34,039 nt of DNA from contig JBBMKC010219464.1 of the NCBI GenBank assembly GCA_037834085.1, forward strand, positions 1 through 34,039. The letters run 5' to 3'. Both the position numbers and the translations under genes were made by a program. Under the pieces are notes generated by a model. The model searched no databases. It had not been told where the DNA came from and saw only the letters and a program-made list of their open reading frames with translations. Positions 10,398 to 23,300 of the stretch are shown piece after piece. This DNA is from Bipalium vagum. Its lineage: Eukaryota. The stretch's first letter is position 1. Every line of letters starts with the position of its first letter.

Positions 10398-11803
10398 ATG
10401 GATGATATTTATTAAATTAGTAATAACAAATAATTAATTGAATTGGAACATAAATAATATAAATTATCAGTTTCATATATTAAAAGAATAAAATCTGAAA
10501 ATAAATCAAATTATAGTCATAATAAAAATGTAAAATTTCTCATAATAATAATTTTAAGGACGAACTTTTGAATCACTCTAGTATAAATAAATTAGTCAAA
10601 ATATTTTTTATTGTTAATATATTATGGGTATGCATAAGTCTCCATTACTTAAAGACAAATAATTTTTAATAATATATAACAAATAAAATATCTTTCATAA
10701 TTATTAACTACTTTTTCTCATCTTTCAGTTTCAGGCAACAGATGAATATCCTGATGATAAAAGTCTTTAGATTTTGATTGAATAAAATTCTCAATTAATT
10801 TCTGCACCTCTTCAACATTGTTTAAGTGTACATGGGAAAAACTATGTTGCTGTCAGATAAACCAGTTTTGGTTAATAATATTTTTCTTGGTTTATATTAA
10901 AATATTAACACCATATGTAAAAATATTTTCAAATTTGGATTAGATATTTTACTCTTTACCTTTTAAACAAGAAAAATCGGATTCTTCTTTATGAAATTCA
11001 ATTTTTGATGTTGGTATGGTTCTTAAGAATAGCAAAAATGTTTCAATGGTTCACATGTAATAGTTAACCAGTGAATATAATAGATTACTTAGAAAATTAA
11101 CATTTTTTCGTAAAATTCAACAGGTTTTATAAATAAATCTAATAAAAACTCAATAGTTTATGAATTAATATCTTTTCGGATGGCTCTAATATAATCAAAT
11201 GATAATAATATTATTGTTTGTTATTAATAATATTATTTCAGTAATGGCGATATAAATTAAATTGAAATGGTTAAAAGGAACAGATTATAAGACTTCAGGT
11301 GGCGTTGACAAAAATAGAGCAAAAGAGTAGCAAACATCAATTTACTGAGCTGTATAAGAACTCTCAACTTTAGACATTATCTTTCTACAATCTAAATATA
11401 TGAGAGATTTTTCAGCTATTTATAATTTTGATTTAGATAAAGTCTTATAATGAAATCTCAAAAAATTCCAAGCCAAATGTAAAAATAAATATGATATTAA
11501 AACCAATGATAGGAAAAATTAATTTTATACTTTTTTTCTCAGTAATGATTTAGCAACATAACAAGTATTCCATTAATTTCGGATTTCCTCTAAAAATTTG
11601 AAGTAGATTTCTAACAATGGCGCCATAGTATTATTTATAATGAAATATTCTCTACAATCAGTATAATAAAAAATTTGAAATAATCAGTCAAAGCGTTGAG
11701 ATAAATTAATCACAATAATCGTTAAAATAAAATGTAACTTATTCAAAATTTAAAGATAATAGTTTTACTGTTGTTTCATGATGTTTTCATTTTTTATTAT
11801 TTG

Positions 11804-11868
<65 letters not shown>
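11804..11868. repeat. (ATT)n microsatellite, about 21 units
   Basis: Perfect ATT run visible in the sequence. Confidence 0.95.
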
Positions 11869-11869
<1 letters not shown>

Positions 11870-12098
11870 ATAAAATGTTTTTGCATGATTTAAAATTACA
11901 GATCACAAAAAAATGATTTGATAAGCCAAATAAATATTAATCTTTATAAATAATAATAAAATCTGCTTATATTCATCAATATGGAAAAAAATTTTCGTGT
12001 TTCCCTATTATTATTGAGTCCAAACTATCTGCATGTGAATGATTGTCACTGTTAACAATTATGAAAAATAATAATAATTAGTGATAAATATATTAATA

Positions 12099-13382
12099 TC
12101 AGGTAACGAACTAAGTTTTTTCGTTTTTAATTAAAAACTAAACTGAGATTGAAGTTAAATTTAATTTATTAATCATAAAACATTATTAAACAATTAATCA
12201 TCAGGTATTCCCTATCTTTTTTCATTACTGCCTCCGATCTATTTAGAAGTTTATTGATCCCAGTATTAAAGAAATCTCTATCTTTTGAATGAAAGAAAGA
12301 AAGTACTTCGTTTCTTTATACCTTCGAAACTCTTAAAATTTTTATTCATCAAGTGATTCTGTAATACCCGGAACAAATAAAAATCGGATAGGGCAATATC
12401 GGGACTATATGGTGGATGTTCCATTAGAGTTCAGTTCAATTCCTGAATAACCTTCAATGTCTTAATTGATTTGTGAGACTTGGCATTATCTTGGTGGAAA
12501 ATCACTTGCTCTGGTTTTCCTTCATAATGGCATGAACTTTTCTAAGCATGTCACAATATACATCAGAGTTAATGGTTTCCCCTGATTTGAGAAACTCCTG
12601 ATAAATAATTCCACGAGAATCTCACCAAATGCATAAAAAACCTTGTTTCGTGTAAGGTCGCGTTTTTCAATTTTTTGCGGAGGCTCTCCTTTCAACGATC
12701 ACGATCTTCGTCTGGTTATGTTGTCATGATAAGTCCACTTTTCATCGCAAGTGACTATCCGGTCGAGAAAAGGATCATTTCGGTTTCTTTCGAAAAGTCT
12801 TGAACAAATTTCAATGCGATCCAACTTGTTTTTTTCAGCTAGTTGGTGGGGAACCCATTTGTCGAGTTTACAAGTGAATCCTAAAGCTTTCAATCGGTTT
12901 TTATGACTGTATCGCTTTTATTTAACTCAAAAGCGATTTGTTAAGCACTAATTGATCTATTTTGTTCAAGAAGGTCCATAATTTGATAATCCTCCAACTC
13001 TTTTGGCCTTCCAGACCTCTCTTTGTTTTCCAATGAAAAATTACCACTATTGAATTTTTTGAACGAATTTTGCACTGCTCGCAGTTGCATTGTTCCTTCG
13101 CCATGTACCTCGTTAAGTTTTGAGACAGTTTCAATTGTGCTTGTGTTATTTTTCCATTCGTAATAAATAATTGCTTGAATTTGTGATTTGTCCAGCGAAC
13201 TTTTGGAGCACTTATTCCAGAAGATAATGGTTAATAACATTAACTATACAGTAAATCTAAAACTCACATGTTTAAGCAGCAAACTAAAACAAAGAAAATT
13301 TAAATCGGTAGATAAATGAGAATCCCAGAAGCTAACAAATTTAAAAAACAGAAAAAACGAAAAAACTTAGTTCGTTACTTGA
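12099..13382 (-). mobile_element. Full-length (1284 bp) mariner element with frameshifted DD34D transposase
   Basis: 30-bp TIRs (TCAGGTAACGAACTAAGTTTTTTCGTTTTT, 1 mismatch between ends) flanked by TA at 12097-98 and 13383-84. Motifs ERSGRP, WVPHQL, IVTCDEKW, HQDNAKSH and PPYSPDIALSDFYLF are split over several frames. Confidence 0.95.
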
Positions 13383-14344
13383 TATTATTATAAGTCCGGA
13401 AAGAAAAATATTGATCATTTATAAATAATATCAATAATCTAACAGAAATTATTTGACAAACAGAATTTTCGAATGACAAATGAATATTATCTTAAGGGCG
13501 TTTTGTTGTAGAATTTGAATTATGGACCTGAATTTCATATAATTCATAAAATTTCTAAATAATTTACTAATTATTGTTGAGTGTGGTTGCTATTTTCTAC
13601 AACCCATTCACTTACATCTTTCAGTAAACTCATAAGCTGGAAATCTGTAAATATTGGAGAATGTTTCTTCCTCTTTGGCTTTACATGAGTATAAATTATT
13701 TATTAACTAAGAACTTCTAACGTAAGTTTAAAATGAAATAATTGGTAAAATAATGAATTGTTAAAAATATTTTATACATTTTTTCCATATTAACTAAGCC
13801 ATGCTAAATCTGAATTCGTTTTCTTTTTATATGGTTAGTCTCAATATTAATTTTATGGGCAAATCAAACAATACGCAACAACGATAAGATTTATTATGCG
13901 TCAATCAGAAACAACCGACAGTCTACACGAAAACGGCTTAATGATGTTTAATTAAAATTATTCAAAATTATCTTCACTATTCTATTTAAATAAAAAATTA
14001 AAATATTTTTAAAAATTATTAAAAATGAAAACTTTATAAAAAAAGAAAAATAATTATAATTTCATATTATTTTTTGAAAATTAGAAAAAATTAGTCGGTT
14101 AATTGGTTCAGGAAATGACAATAACAAAGTCTGGAAGCAATCCATATTCTATTTATCTAAACTTCTATCTATCCTCTGTACAAATTTCTTGTTTAAACTA
14201 TATATTAAAAAATTATAATTAAAATATTGACACAAGTTTAATATATATATTAATATTTACTCAGCTTTTCATTACACTGAAGATATATGGATATTGTGTT
14301 ATAGTAAATCTTGCGTGTTGATTATAATGAATTTATCATAGATA

Positions 14345-14517
14345 TTGTTATTATTATTATAAGTATTATTATTAATATTAATATTAATAATAATATTATT
14401 ATTATTAATATTATTACTCTTATTATTATATTTATTATTATATTTATTATTACTATTATTAATATTAATATTAATATTATTTTTTAATTATTATTATTAT
14501 TAATTATTATTATTATA
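14345..14517. repeat. Degenerate ATT/AATATT low-complexity tract
   Basis: Nearly pure A/T sequence built of ATT and TAATAT units. Confidence 0.8.
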
Positions 14518-15186
14518 AAACAGCAAAGTTTTCAATTAAATTTTCCTTCATTAGATGGAATATCTATTACTGAACTTTAAATAATTCTCAGAAAATTAAT
14601 TAAATATTTTACTTGTGTCACCAAGGAATTTTTTTCTGTCTGATGTATCAAATAATTTGATAATAGATAAAATGATTTAAGAAGAATGTCCGGTTTTGGA
14701 GAAGACGGCTCTCTTATATTAATGAATATTTTAAATAGGATAAAATATTAAGTTTTTAGTCAATATGACAGGAATTAAATTGATTAATTTCAAGATTTTC
14801 TCAATTATGACACGCTCAAAATATAATTAAAGTGCTCAGAAAAAATTTAATTAAAACAAGTTTAGAAATAGAAGTAAATGTTCTTACTGAAGTGATTTGG
14901 GAATGAGCAGAACTACTCGTAAGAGTAAAAGTCGGTGAAGATAAACTTGAAAAATGAAAAAAAAATGAAAAACAGAAAAATAGAAAAACAGAAAAACAGA
15001 AAACAAATGTATGAAAGAAATTTGAACATGTTATATTTACTGGTTGGAAACTTGCGGTCAGAATATGTAACCAAAGAAAAATGAAGAAAAAAATGTTAAA
15101 AAAACCAAAAATTGATGAAAAACAATATGAAAAAAAAATGTTTATTTATCTTTAGTCAATTAAGGTTCCAAACATTACTCAATGAC

Positions 15187-15489
15187 TGTTTTAATTAAGG
15201 CCAGTAAGTTAAATAATATTAATACAATCTTTCCGGCCTACATTAGAGGTAGACTAACCATAACTTGCACCCAGCACAATTTTTCATGTTCCTAGAATCA
15301 TTGATATCAGGAAAAGTATCTTCCAATTTTGTTTACGATATTCTGCACGAACAAGACTTCATCTCTCTCACAATTGTTCAGATGCTTGAAATAAATATTC
15401 CTTAATTTATTTATATAATTATTATTATTGGAAAAAATTGTTCGAAATAAAAACAATGACAAAAGATATTTTTGCAGAATAAATTGCAA
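15187..15489 (-). mobile_element. Probable 3' end of a non-LTR retrotransposon (LINE)
   Basis: Minus-strand CNLFCKNIFCHCF followed (with a frameshift) by NYINKLRNIYFK resembles the C-terminal zinc-knuckle region of LINE ORF2. A short 3'UTR follows, with GTAGGCCGG...TGGCCTTAATTAAA. Confidence 0.4.
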
Positions 15490-15595
15490 TTAATTAATAA
15501 ATTCATGTGTTAATATAAAAATTTGTGTTCTTAAACAAATAAAAAAACAAAGAAATTTCTAAAATATGTCTTAAAAAGATTAAATCCACACTGGT

Positions 15596-16614
15596 AGTGG
15601 AGACTCCAAAATCAGAGCGATCCAAAAGACTAACATTTTGTGACACATTTTTAAATAAATTAAATAAATATTATGAATTGCTATTTTATTTTATGTAAAA
15701 ACCCGGATAGGTAATGTAGAAGGAATTCAAAAAAGAAAGAAGACAAAAGGTTGAGGATGAGCAGTAACTTAAAAGAACTGTGCTCCTCATCATTGTGGTT
15801 GGAGTGAAAAGTGCTAATGATTAAGTCAAGCAAATAATTCGTTTGTAAGGATGAATGGAATTTAAAAACCGATTTTTAAAATTGAATGTTAGGTTGACGT
15901 CAAATAAAGGCTTCAGAGTTTGATATGAAGAGTGGACTAGTAATCGGCGGTAACATTAATGATAAGGTAATTATTAATTTCAGAAGTACCAAGGCAAATT
16001 AAAATTACTAAAAAAGTTCTAGAGATTTCAATAACTCTAATTGATTTATGTTATCATTGTCATATGTATATTTGTTATGCCATACCGGGAATAATTCCTG
16101 TTGCACGACTGCATTGGTCGAGTTTCGTGAGAATGATACTATAGAAGAAAGCACCTTACGAGTTGAAATTGCTCAGTATTCTCGAGATAATCCTGAGCAA
16201 TGATTTTTTGTGTAAGTTCTTTTCTTTTAATATTATATATTTAGATGAATTGAAAGTACGGCTATTTTTAGAGTCTTTGTGTTTTTAGTTTCTGAAGAAT
16301 AGTGTGGTTCTCATGTTGAATAATAGCTGGATCAAGACTGTAGTTGACAGTTTTAAGTATAAGATTTATAAAGTAAATTTTATTTTTTTGTCATTTCTAT
16401 ATCTGATTTCACTATTAGCTTCAATTGGTTACTAAACTGATAATAACTTGTTTTTCGTTGTTTTGTATTAATAAGTATCAGAGTATTGTTGATCTTTGAG
16501 ACAAGAAGGGAAGTGGCACGTCCCTAATCAATTATTTTTTGTTAACGATCAACATAGCTTATTGTTTAATTATTGATTATTTTGATTAGAGTCTGGTTGG
16601 AATAAAAAACCACA
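15596..16614 (+). mobile_element. LTR-retrotransposon-derived segment
   Basis: Begins AGTGGAGACT (cf. TGTGGAGAC at 475), has raised GC and a T/G-rich U5-like tail, and ends AATAAAAAACCACA. No TSD. An alternative reading is LTR end (..ATCCACA, 15590) plus PBS-like TGGTAGTGGAG. Confidence 0.4.
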
Positions 16615-16681
16615 CCTTAGTTCAGAGCATAGAACGAGCTTTAAATAATATGTCTCATATGATAACAATTTAATTAAAAAC

Positions 16682-16687
16682 TTTATT
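16682..16687 (-). promoter_or_regulatory. Candidate polyadenylation signal (AATAAA) of unc5
   Basis: Minus-strand AATAAA about 480 nt downstream of the stop codon. The AT-rich background makes this weak. Confidence 0.3.
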
Positions 16688-17169
16688 TATTTTTAAAATT
16701 TTTAATTTTTCATCAAAATTTCATTTGGGTCATAAAATAAAATAGAGAACATATAAAATGAAAATTTTTAAAAGACATTAAAATATATTGACAGGTTCTG
16801 GGAATAAACCATATTCGACAGTTTTCACATACACAAATAAAGTGATGTACACATAACAGATATATAGTTGGCATTTGATTAAAACAATTTTATGTGGGGT
16901 CTATATTCATCATTTGATGAGCAAAATATTGGATCAAAGGCTAACTATTAGTTCCATATGTAAGTCTTACATAACTTAGAAAATATAAAATCAATGACCA
17001 AAATCCGATCCTTTTACTTTGACAAGTTCATTTTGATTCCAATTTCTTTATGACAATCATGATAAATCGACTTTTGAATCAGGCTTTTGGAAACGTATGT
17101 AGGTTTATGCTTGCACAAATATAATAAATAAAATTGATATCACATTTTCCAAATGAAACATGTTTGTTG

Positions 17170-17335
17170 TTATTTTAAAATTTCCTGTTCCACGATCATG
17201 GCACAGTCATTTCGGCCAATGACTCTGAAAATGTTAATCAAATCTGCAATTGCACCTTCATCTCGACTTCTTGCTTCCCATAAATCCAATAAGGCATCAC
17301 TAGGACTCTTTTTCTCAGAAAAGTAGTTTAAATTC
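17170..17335 (-). CDS. unc5: unc5 last coding exon (death domain C-terminal half)
   Basis: TTTTCAG| then NLNYFSEKKSPSDALLDLWEARSRDEGAIADLINIFRVIGRNDCAMIVEQEILK*; starts in phase 2, matching the previous exon. Confidence 0.92.
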
Positions 17336-20300
17336 CTGAAAAATCACAAATAATTAAAATTAACAGGGAAATTATCGATATTATTATTATATATTATATT
17401 ATAATATTATTAAATTACTCAAAATTATTATTTTACATTTTGGATTAATTTATAAAACTGAATTATTTTAACCAAATTAGTTCTTTGAAAGTTTGTTTAA
17501 TTTATCGAACTTTTAAAATATTTATATTTTTTACAGGAATGAATTAATTTGAAAATACAACAGTAAAAATTAGTTTTCTGGAAAAGTACAAAAGCTTAAA
17601 TTTTATTATGGAAATAACACAGGTAATTTTTATAAAACTGGCATTGATTGATTGAATGAGAAACCAACTTAATCTTATTAATAAAAGGCAATTTCAAATT
17701 CTTTCTTTTTTATAGAGAGCGATATAATGATTACGGTGTTACAAGTTAATTTTTTTATCAAATGATTTATCATATCTGCTCAAAGATTTTCTTGACATAT
17801 TTATTAATTTAGAATACTTTAAACCATTTTTACAAATATCAGGGGACAAAATCTAGTTCTTTATATTTTAATCTTTTATGTTAAAGATAAGTTTTTAAAA
17901 TATTTGATCAAAATTTTGAATTTTGTCATTCTTACAATTTTTTCTCAATAAAAAACTTTTCATTAAAAATCACTGTTGACCGTACACATAGACAATGAAT
18001 GAAGAAAGATTTTTCTTTATAATTTTTGAGATGAGGTTTTCTTTTATAATTTCTTTAAGTTTCAAAGTCACTTCTAAAATAAATTTTCGGAATTTTCAAA
18101 AATATAATTTTTTATTATTTATATTCGCTGAGATATAAACAAAGTCAGTCATTTTGAACAATATATTTTTGAATGTCTTTTTAAAACAATAATCCTTAAA
18201 CAAATTTTCCATTCTTAATAAATTAATATATTGTGCCATTAAAATTAAAAATATTTTAAAATAAATATTAAAATTAAATTAAATAAATATTAAAATTAAA
18301 TTTACAATTAATTAAAAATTAAAATAAAGCACAATATAAAAATTTAAAAATTAGAAATCAGTTTAAATACTCACATCCCCCCTTCTCAAGATTTTTAAAA
18401 TTTTTTCCACATTCCTTTCAATTTTTTTTCCTTCACTATCTACCAATGTATATATCCTGTCATGAATTTTTCTGTTCACCGTGTATGGACCTTCGTATCT
18501 TTCTTTATCCTTACTTCTGCCTTCGGCCTTCTCAAGTACTTGTCGCTCCAGGTCGAACTTTCTTCTTGTTGTTGCTTCTCTTGGTCTATCTTGAACGTTT
18601 TCTTTTTCTAATTCTTCTGATATTTTATTACTGACCCAAACCTCTCTGTAAAACTCTCTTCCAAATATGAGTTCAGTTGGGCTGCATCCTAACGTATTCT
18701 GAAATGTTGCGGTTTAAAGTAAACTCAATTTCTGGTAACAAATTTTCCCAATCATTGTTTCTTCTCAGCCATAGTAGTATTCATGTAGTCACGAATTGTT
18801 TGGAATTGCCGTTCTATTATACCGTTGTTGTTTTGATGATATGGACTGGAAAAACAGAGTTTTGCGTTACTCTGTGTGACTAGTGTCTTAAAAAAACTCT
18901 AGATTCAAAGACCTTTCCACAGTCTACATGGATTTCCTTTGATGAACCATATTTATAGATCCATTCTTCCATTATTATTTTTCTGATTTTTTCCTCATCT
19001 TGTTTTATTATCGATGTTAATGAAATGTACCTGCTATACTGAAATGAAATGCTGATAATTTCATTGTATCTTCTTTCGTTTTTGTTGCGACTACTTTATG
19101 CTTCTGACAGATTTTGCATTTTTTTATAACTTCGGTTGCTGTCTCTCTCAGGTTTTCATATCGTACAAATCAGCTGCATAATTAATAACTTTTTCGGTTC
19201 AAGCATGTGTTAGAGATCTGTGAATCTCTTCCACTAACATTCGGCTCTTGGTTTTAGGAATCCATATCTTTCCTTCAAACGTTTTGACCAGACCATCTTT
19301 CAAGCGGAAATAAAATGTAATTCTCTTTTCAATATCTTCTTTAATCTGATTGATTTCATTTTCATTATTTTGACATTTATATACTGCCTCTTCGTTTACT
19401 GTATTTATTGCTCTGGTCTTCCTTTTTTCTGTCTTTGGCTCTTCATGAATCATCATAGACTGAGAACATGTACCGAAAGTTTTTCTCGATAACATGTCTG
19501 CATTCGTGTGCCAAACTCCTTTTCTATATTTAACCTCTATATCTAGACTGCTGAGATAGTTCATTCACGTGTGAAATTGTGGTGTTATTGGCTTTGTCGT
19601 CTTGAACATGAATTCTATTGCTTTTTGATCTGTTCTCACCAGAAAAGTTTTCCCATACAAGTAATGCTTAAAGTGGTTACAGAAGTAATAGATTGCTAAT
19701 AGTTCCTTTCTTGTGATGCAATATCCTTTTTCATGACTGTTTATTGCATGTGATCCGTACGCGATCAATCTCTCTTTTCCATTATCATCTGTCTGTGACA
19801 ACACTGTTCCAATTGTTTCAAAACTGGTGTCAGTGTCTAATATAAACTTTTTTTAATGTCTGGAAAAGCTGGGGTTTTTGTTAGCGACTCTTTTAAGTTT
19901 TAGAAGGCAACATTGCATACTTCGGTCCATATTAATTTTTCATTGTTCTTCCCACACAATTGTTCTAATACTCTTGATTTTTTTGCATAGCCATTGATAA
20001 ATTACAAATGCCGAGAAAGCTTCTTAAATTTTTTACGCATCTTGGCCTCTCGACGGTTCTGATTGCCTCAATCTTTGCTGGGTCAGTCTTGATTCCTTGT
20101 TTGTCAATTACATGTCCTAGAAATTTGATTTCTGTTCTTAGTAGATGGCATTTCTCTGGATTCATTCTAAGTCCTGCTTCTTTTATCCTCTTTAGCCCTT
20201 CATTTAATACGGTGTAATGATGTTCTATATCCTTTGTGTGAATCATAGTATCATCTAAATAGACCATTGTATTTTTCAAATTTCCTAAAACATTCGTCAT

Positions 20301-23300
20301 TAACTTTTGAAAAGTTCCCGAAGCAGCGGCTATAGAAAAAGGCATTCTTGTGAAGCAAAATTGTGCTTCTTTTGTTGAAGAAGCTATTTTTTCTTGTGAA
20401 TCCTTCGTCAATTCAACCTGGTGGTATGCATTAGCCAAGTCAATAGTGCTAAAATATTTAGCTTCTTCTAATCTATTCAGTAGATCCTCTATATTTGGCA
20501 TCGGAAAAGCCTGACGTTCAGTTACCTGGTTCAGCTTTCTAAAGTCTAGACATAATCTGACATCTTTTCTTTTTTTTTCCAAATGTAAATTAGTGGCGTG
20601 TTCCATGGCGAGTTGCATCTTCTTATTATTCCGTTTTAAAATAAATTCCTTATTGCTTCATCGATTTTCTCTCCACGGTTTCGTGTTAATTGGTTCACTA
20701 GTAGTTTTGATCTCGTGCTTCATCATTTTTGTACATCCAATATCCCACGGATCTGCCATGAATGCTTCTTTATTTTTTTCTATTACTTTCAAGAGTTTCT
20801 TATGTTCGAAGGTGACTAATATCTTCTTTGCTCTCCGCAGGAGCTCTTCATCTTTAACAACTCTTCCAAACTTGGCCTCAATGTTGCATCTTGTGAGACT
20901 TCCCTTTCCATCGAAATCTTCATTAATTTAAATCCGAATTTTGTCAAAAATTCTGTTTCTCCAATCAGCTCTGATGAAACCTGCTCAACAATTGTGAATG
21001 ACATTAACTCAGCTCTATCTCCAATATAAACATCAACTGTTACCTTTCATATCACATTCATTACACTATTATTCGCAGTCTTTATAGTCTCCACACATCT
21101 CTGTATTTCTACATTGCCTAGTTCTAGAAATTTATTCCGAATCATTACATTTATGTTAGCTCCAGTATCCAGTAAGCATTCCACTTCTTGTCCGTGTATA
21201 TTAACAGTTATACTTGGCCTTCCTTTCATCACGTTATATTTAATACTCTGTTCTTTAAAATTATTTAGCTTTACTATCTCCTTTTCATCTCCATTCTCAA
21301 AATTCTTTAAAAATCTATTCAACTTTTTCAATTCCCTCATTTGCCCTGACACTTCATTTTCACTATCACTTTTCACATTCCTTATTACATTCCTCTCCTT
21401 GCGAAACCATATTCCTACGTTTAGTTCAAGGCTCCGATCACCTCGACTTCGAACGGAACCCGCCCTTTTGGGTGTTCATAGTAAGAGTCTGTTTGTCTTT
21501 CTCCATTTCCATACAGTCTTTCTCTGTCTTCTAATGTTGAAAACGCCTCTACCCTTTCTTCTGATATCTCGTTCACATTTCTCTGGAATCCATTACTTCT
21601 TCTATATTCCTTTGCCCTATTTCTGTCTTGGACATTGATTATAGAAACATAGTTCAAAAGAATCTGGAATATGCCTTTTCTCAATGATTATATTTTAAAT
21701 ATTGGGTTCTTAATACAAAACATAAAAATGAGGTCTTATATTTTCTGATGAAATGCAATTATTTATTAAATATTAATTTAAAAATGTAATTAAATCTATC
21801 TTATAACACATGACTAGAGAAAATCATAACACATTCAACTATATTATGTGTATTAAATCAGATTATATTATATTATATTGCAATTCAGGGATAGCAGAAA
21901 TTAAAAACCAAACGAAAGTAATAAAGAATCTCCATAAATCTCTATAAAAATATACAATCATATTTCGTAAAATAAAAGGCGAAGCAAAATAAATTTAAAT
22001 TAACCAGCTTCCCGTTTCATATTTAGATTTTTTTCATTATAGGATACTTTTTATTGATTATGGAAAATTAGAAATTTCTTAGACATTTCTTTATTGCCGA
22101 CATTTTAAGATATTATAATAAGAAAATAATTTATGAACCATGCTATAATTTAGGTTTTAAGAATATTTCATGTAACTGGCCTCACATGACTTCACAAATG
22201 GAGAGACTAAGGTAAGAAGGGAATAGAAATATTAATATAAAATATAATTCCACAATATTATATTTATTGGTATATTATAATATTTTCGGTTTTGTTCTAT
22301 TAAAAATCAATTAAACTAAAAATAAAATTAGACTTTATATGAAGTAAGTACACTTTGTTTTCAAGAGTATATTTTGAAACTTTTAAGTCACTTATCATAC
22401 AAGTAAGCACTAGTTCTCCTGCAAAAGTATGTCAAAAATTATCATATCAATAATAACAGCCACAATGATTGTACAGTGGTTGAAAGCATAATATCTACTA
22501 AGGTGAATTTTGTTGATTACTAGCAGAACCTGAAGTGAAGTAAAAAAGGATTAGTGTTGAACGTTGACTTTATTTTTGTGCGCATTGACTAAATTTATAT
22601 TTTAGTAATATTTATTCATAAAAAATCTGTTAGACTACTAAGGTTCTTAAAAAAACATGTAAACTAGGTTGTACTGTTTTAAAAAATTCCTTTATTATTT
22701 ATTTTTTTACAATTTATAAATAGTTTTAAAAAGTAGCTTAATTATTTTTAAGGGTTTCAAAATTATTATAAGATAAGGTTTTCATTTTTCATTATTTTCT
22801 GTACTTGTCACAAGTTATAAATCAAACTTAAAAAATTAATGATACATTTTTTATATGATACGTGAAATCACTGTATTTCTTGATAGTTTCGATCATCAGT
22901 TCAGAATATATTAATCTTTGTCGGTTTTTGTTTGGTTTGTGCTCACCCTATTTGACTTAATTTCTTCGGTGCTATGGGCTCATTTTAAAATAATTACAGG
23001 TTAATAATAAAATATTAAAATTCCATGAGCATAAAAAATTTTCGATTGTATTCACTTTGAAAACCATTGGTTTGTTTTAATAATAATGTTCATTAATATA
23101 AAATTATTTTATCCATTCATTATTCAAGTCAATTATTTAAAACATTTAAAATGTAGAAGAGTATGAAATCCTTGATCTAGTAAAACCTGACTTTATTAAG
23201 AAAAATAAAGTATTTTAATATAGTATGAACTGCTAAATCAATTTACCCATTTATCGACATATGATTCGCCAAAGCTTGCCAGTTCGGGTCAAGAAGAGGC

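Noticed and set aside
9430-10790. Possible small plus-strand gene (GAG|GTAAGT donor at 9537, TTTCAG| acceptor near 10728, then FQATDEYPDDKSL* and AATAAA)
   Set aside because: The upstream frame is closed by a stop with no usable start or acceptor, and I recognise no homology. It cannot be supported without RNA-seq.
20008-21638. Plus-strand ORFs of 69, 112 and 174 aa
   Set aside because: Antisense shadows of gypsy gag-pol.
22880-22905. Minus-strand CTGATGA-TC-GAAA resembling a minimal hammerhead core
   Set aside because: Only 2 nt where stem II should be, and no stem III, UH cleavage site or stem I pairing could be built.
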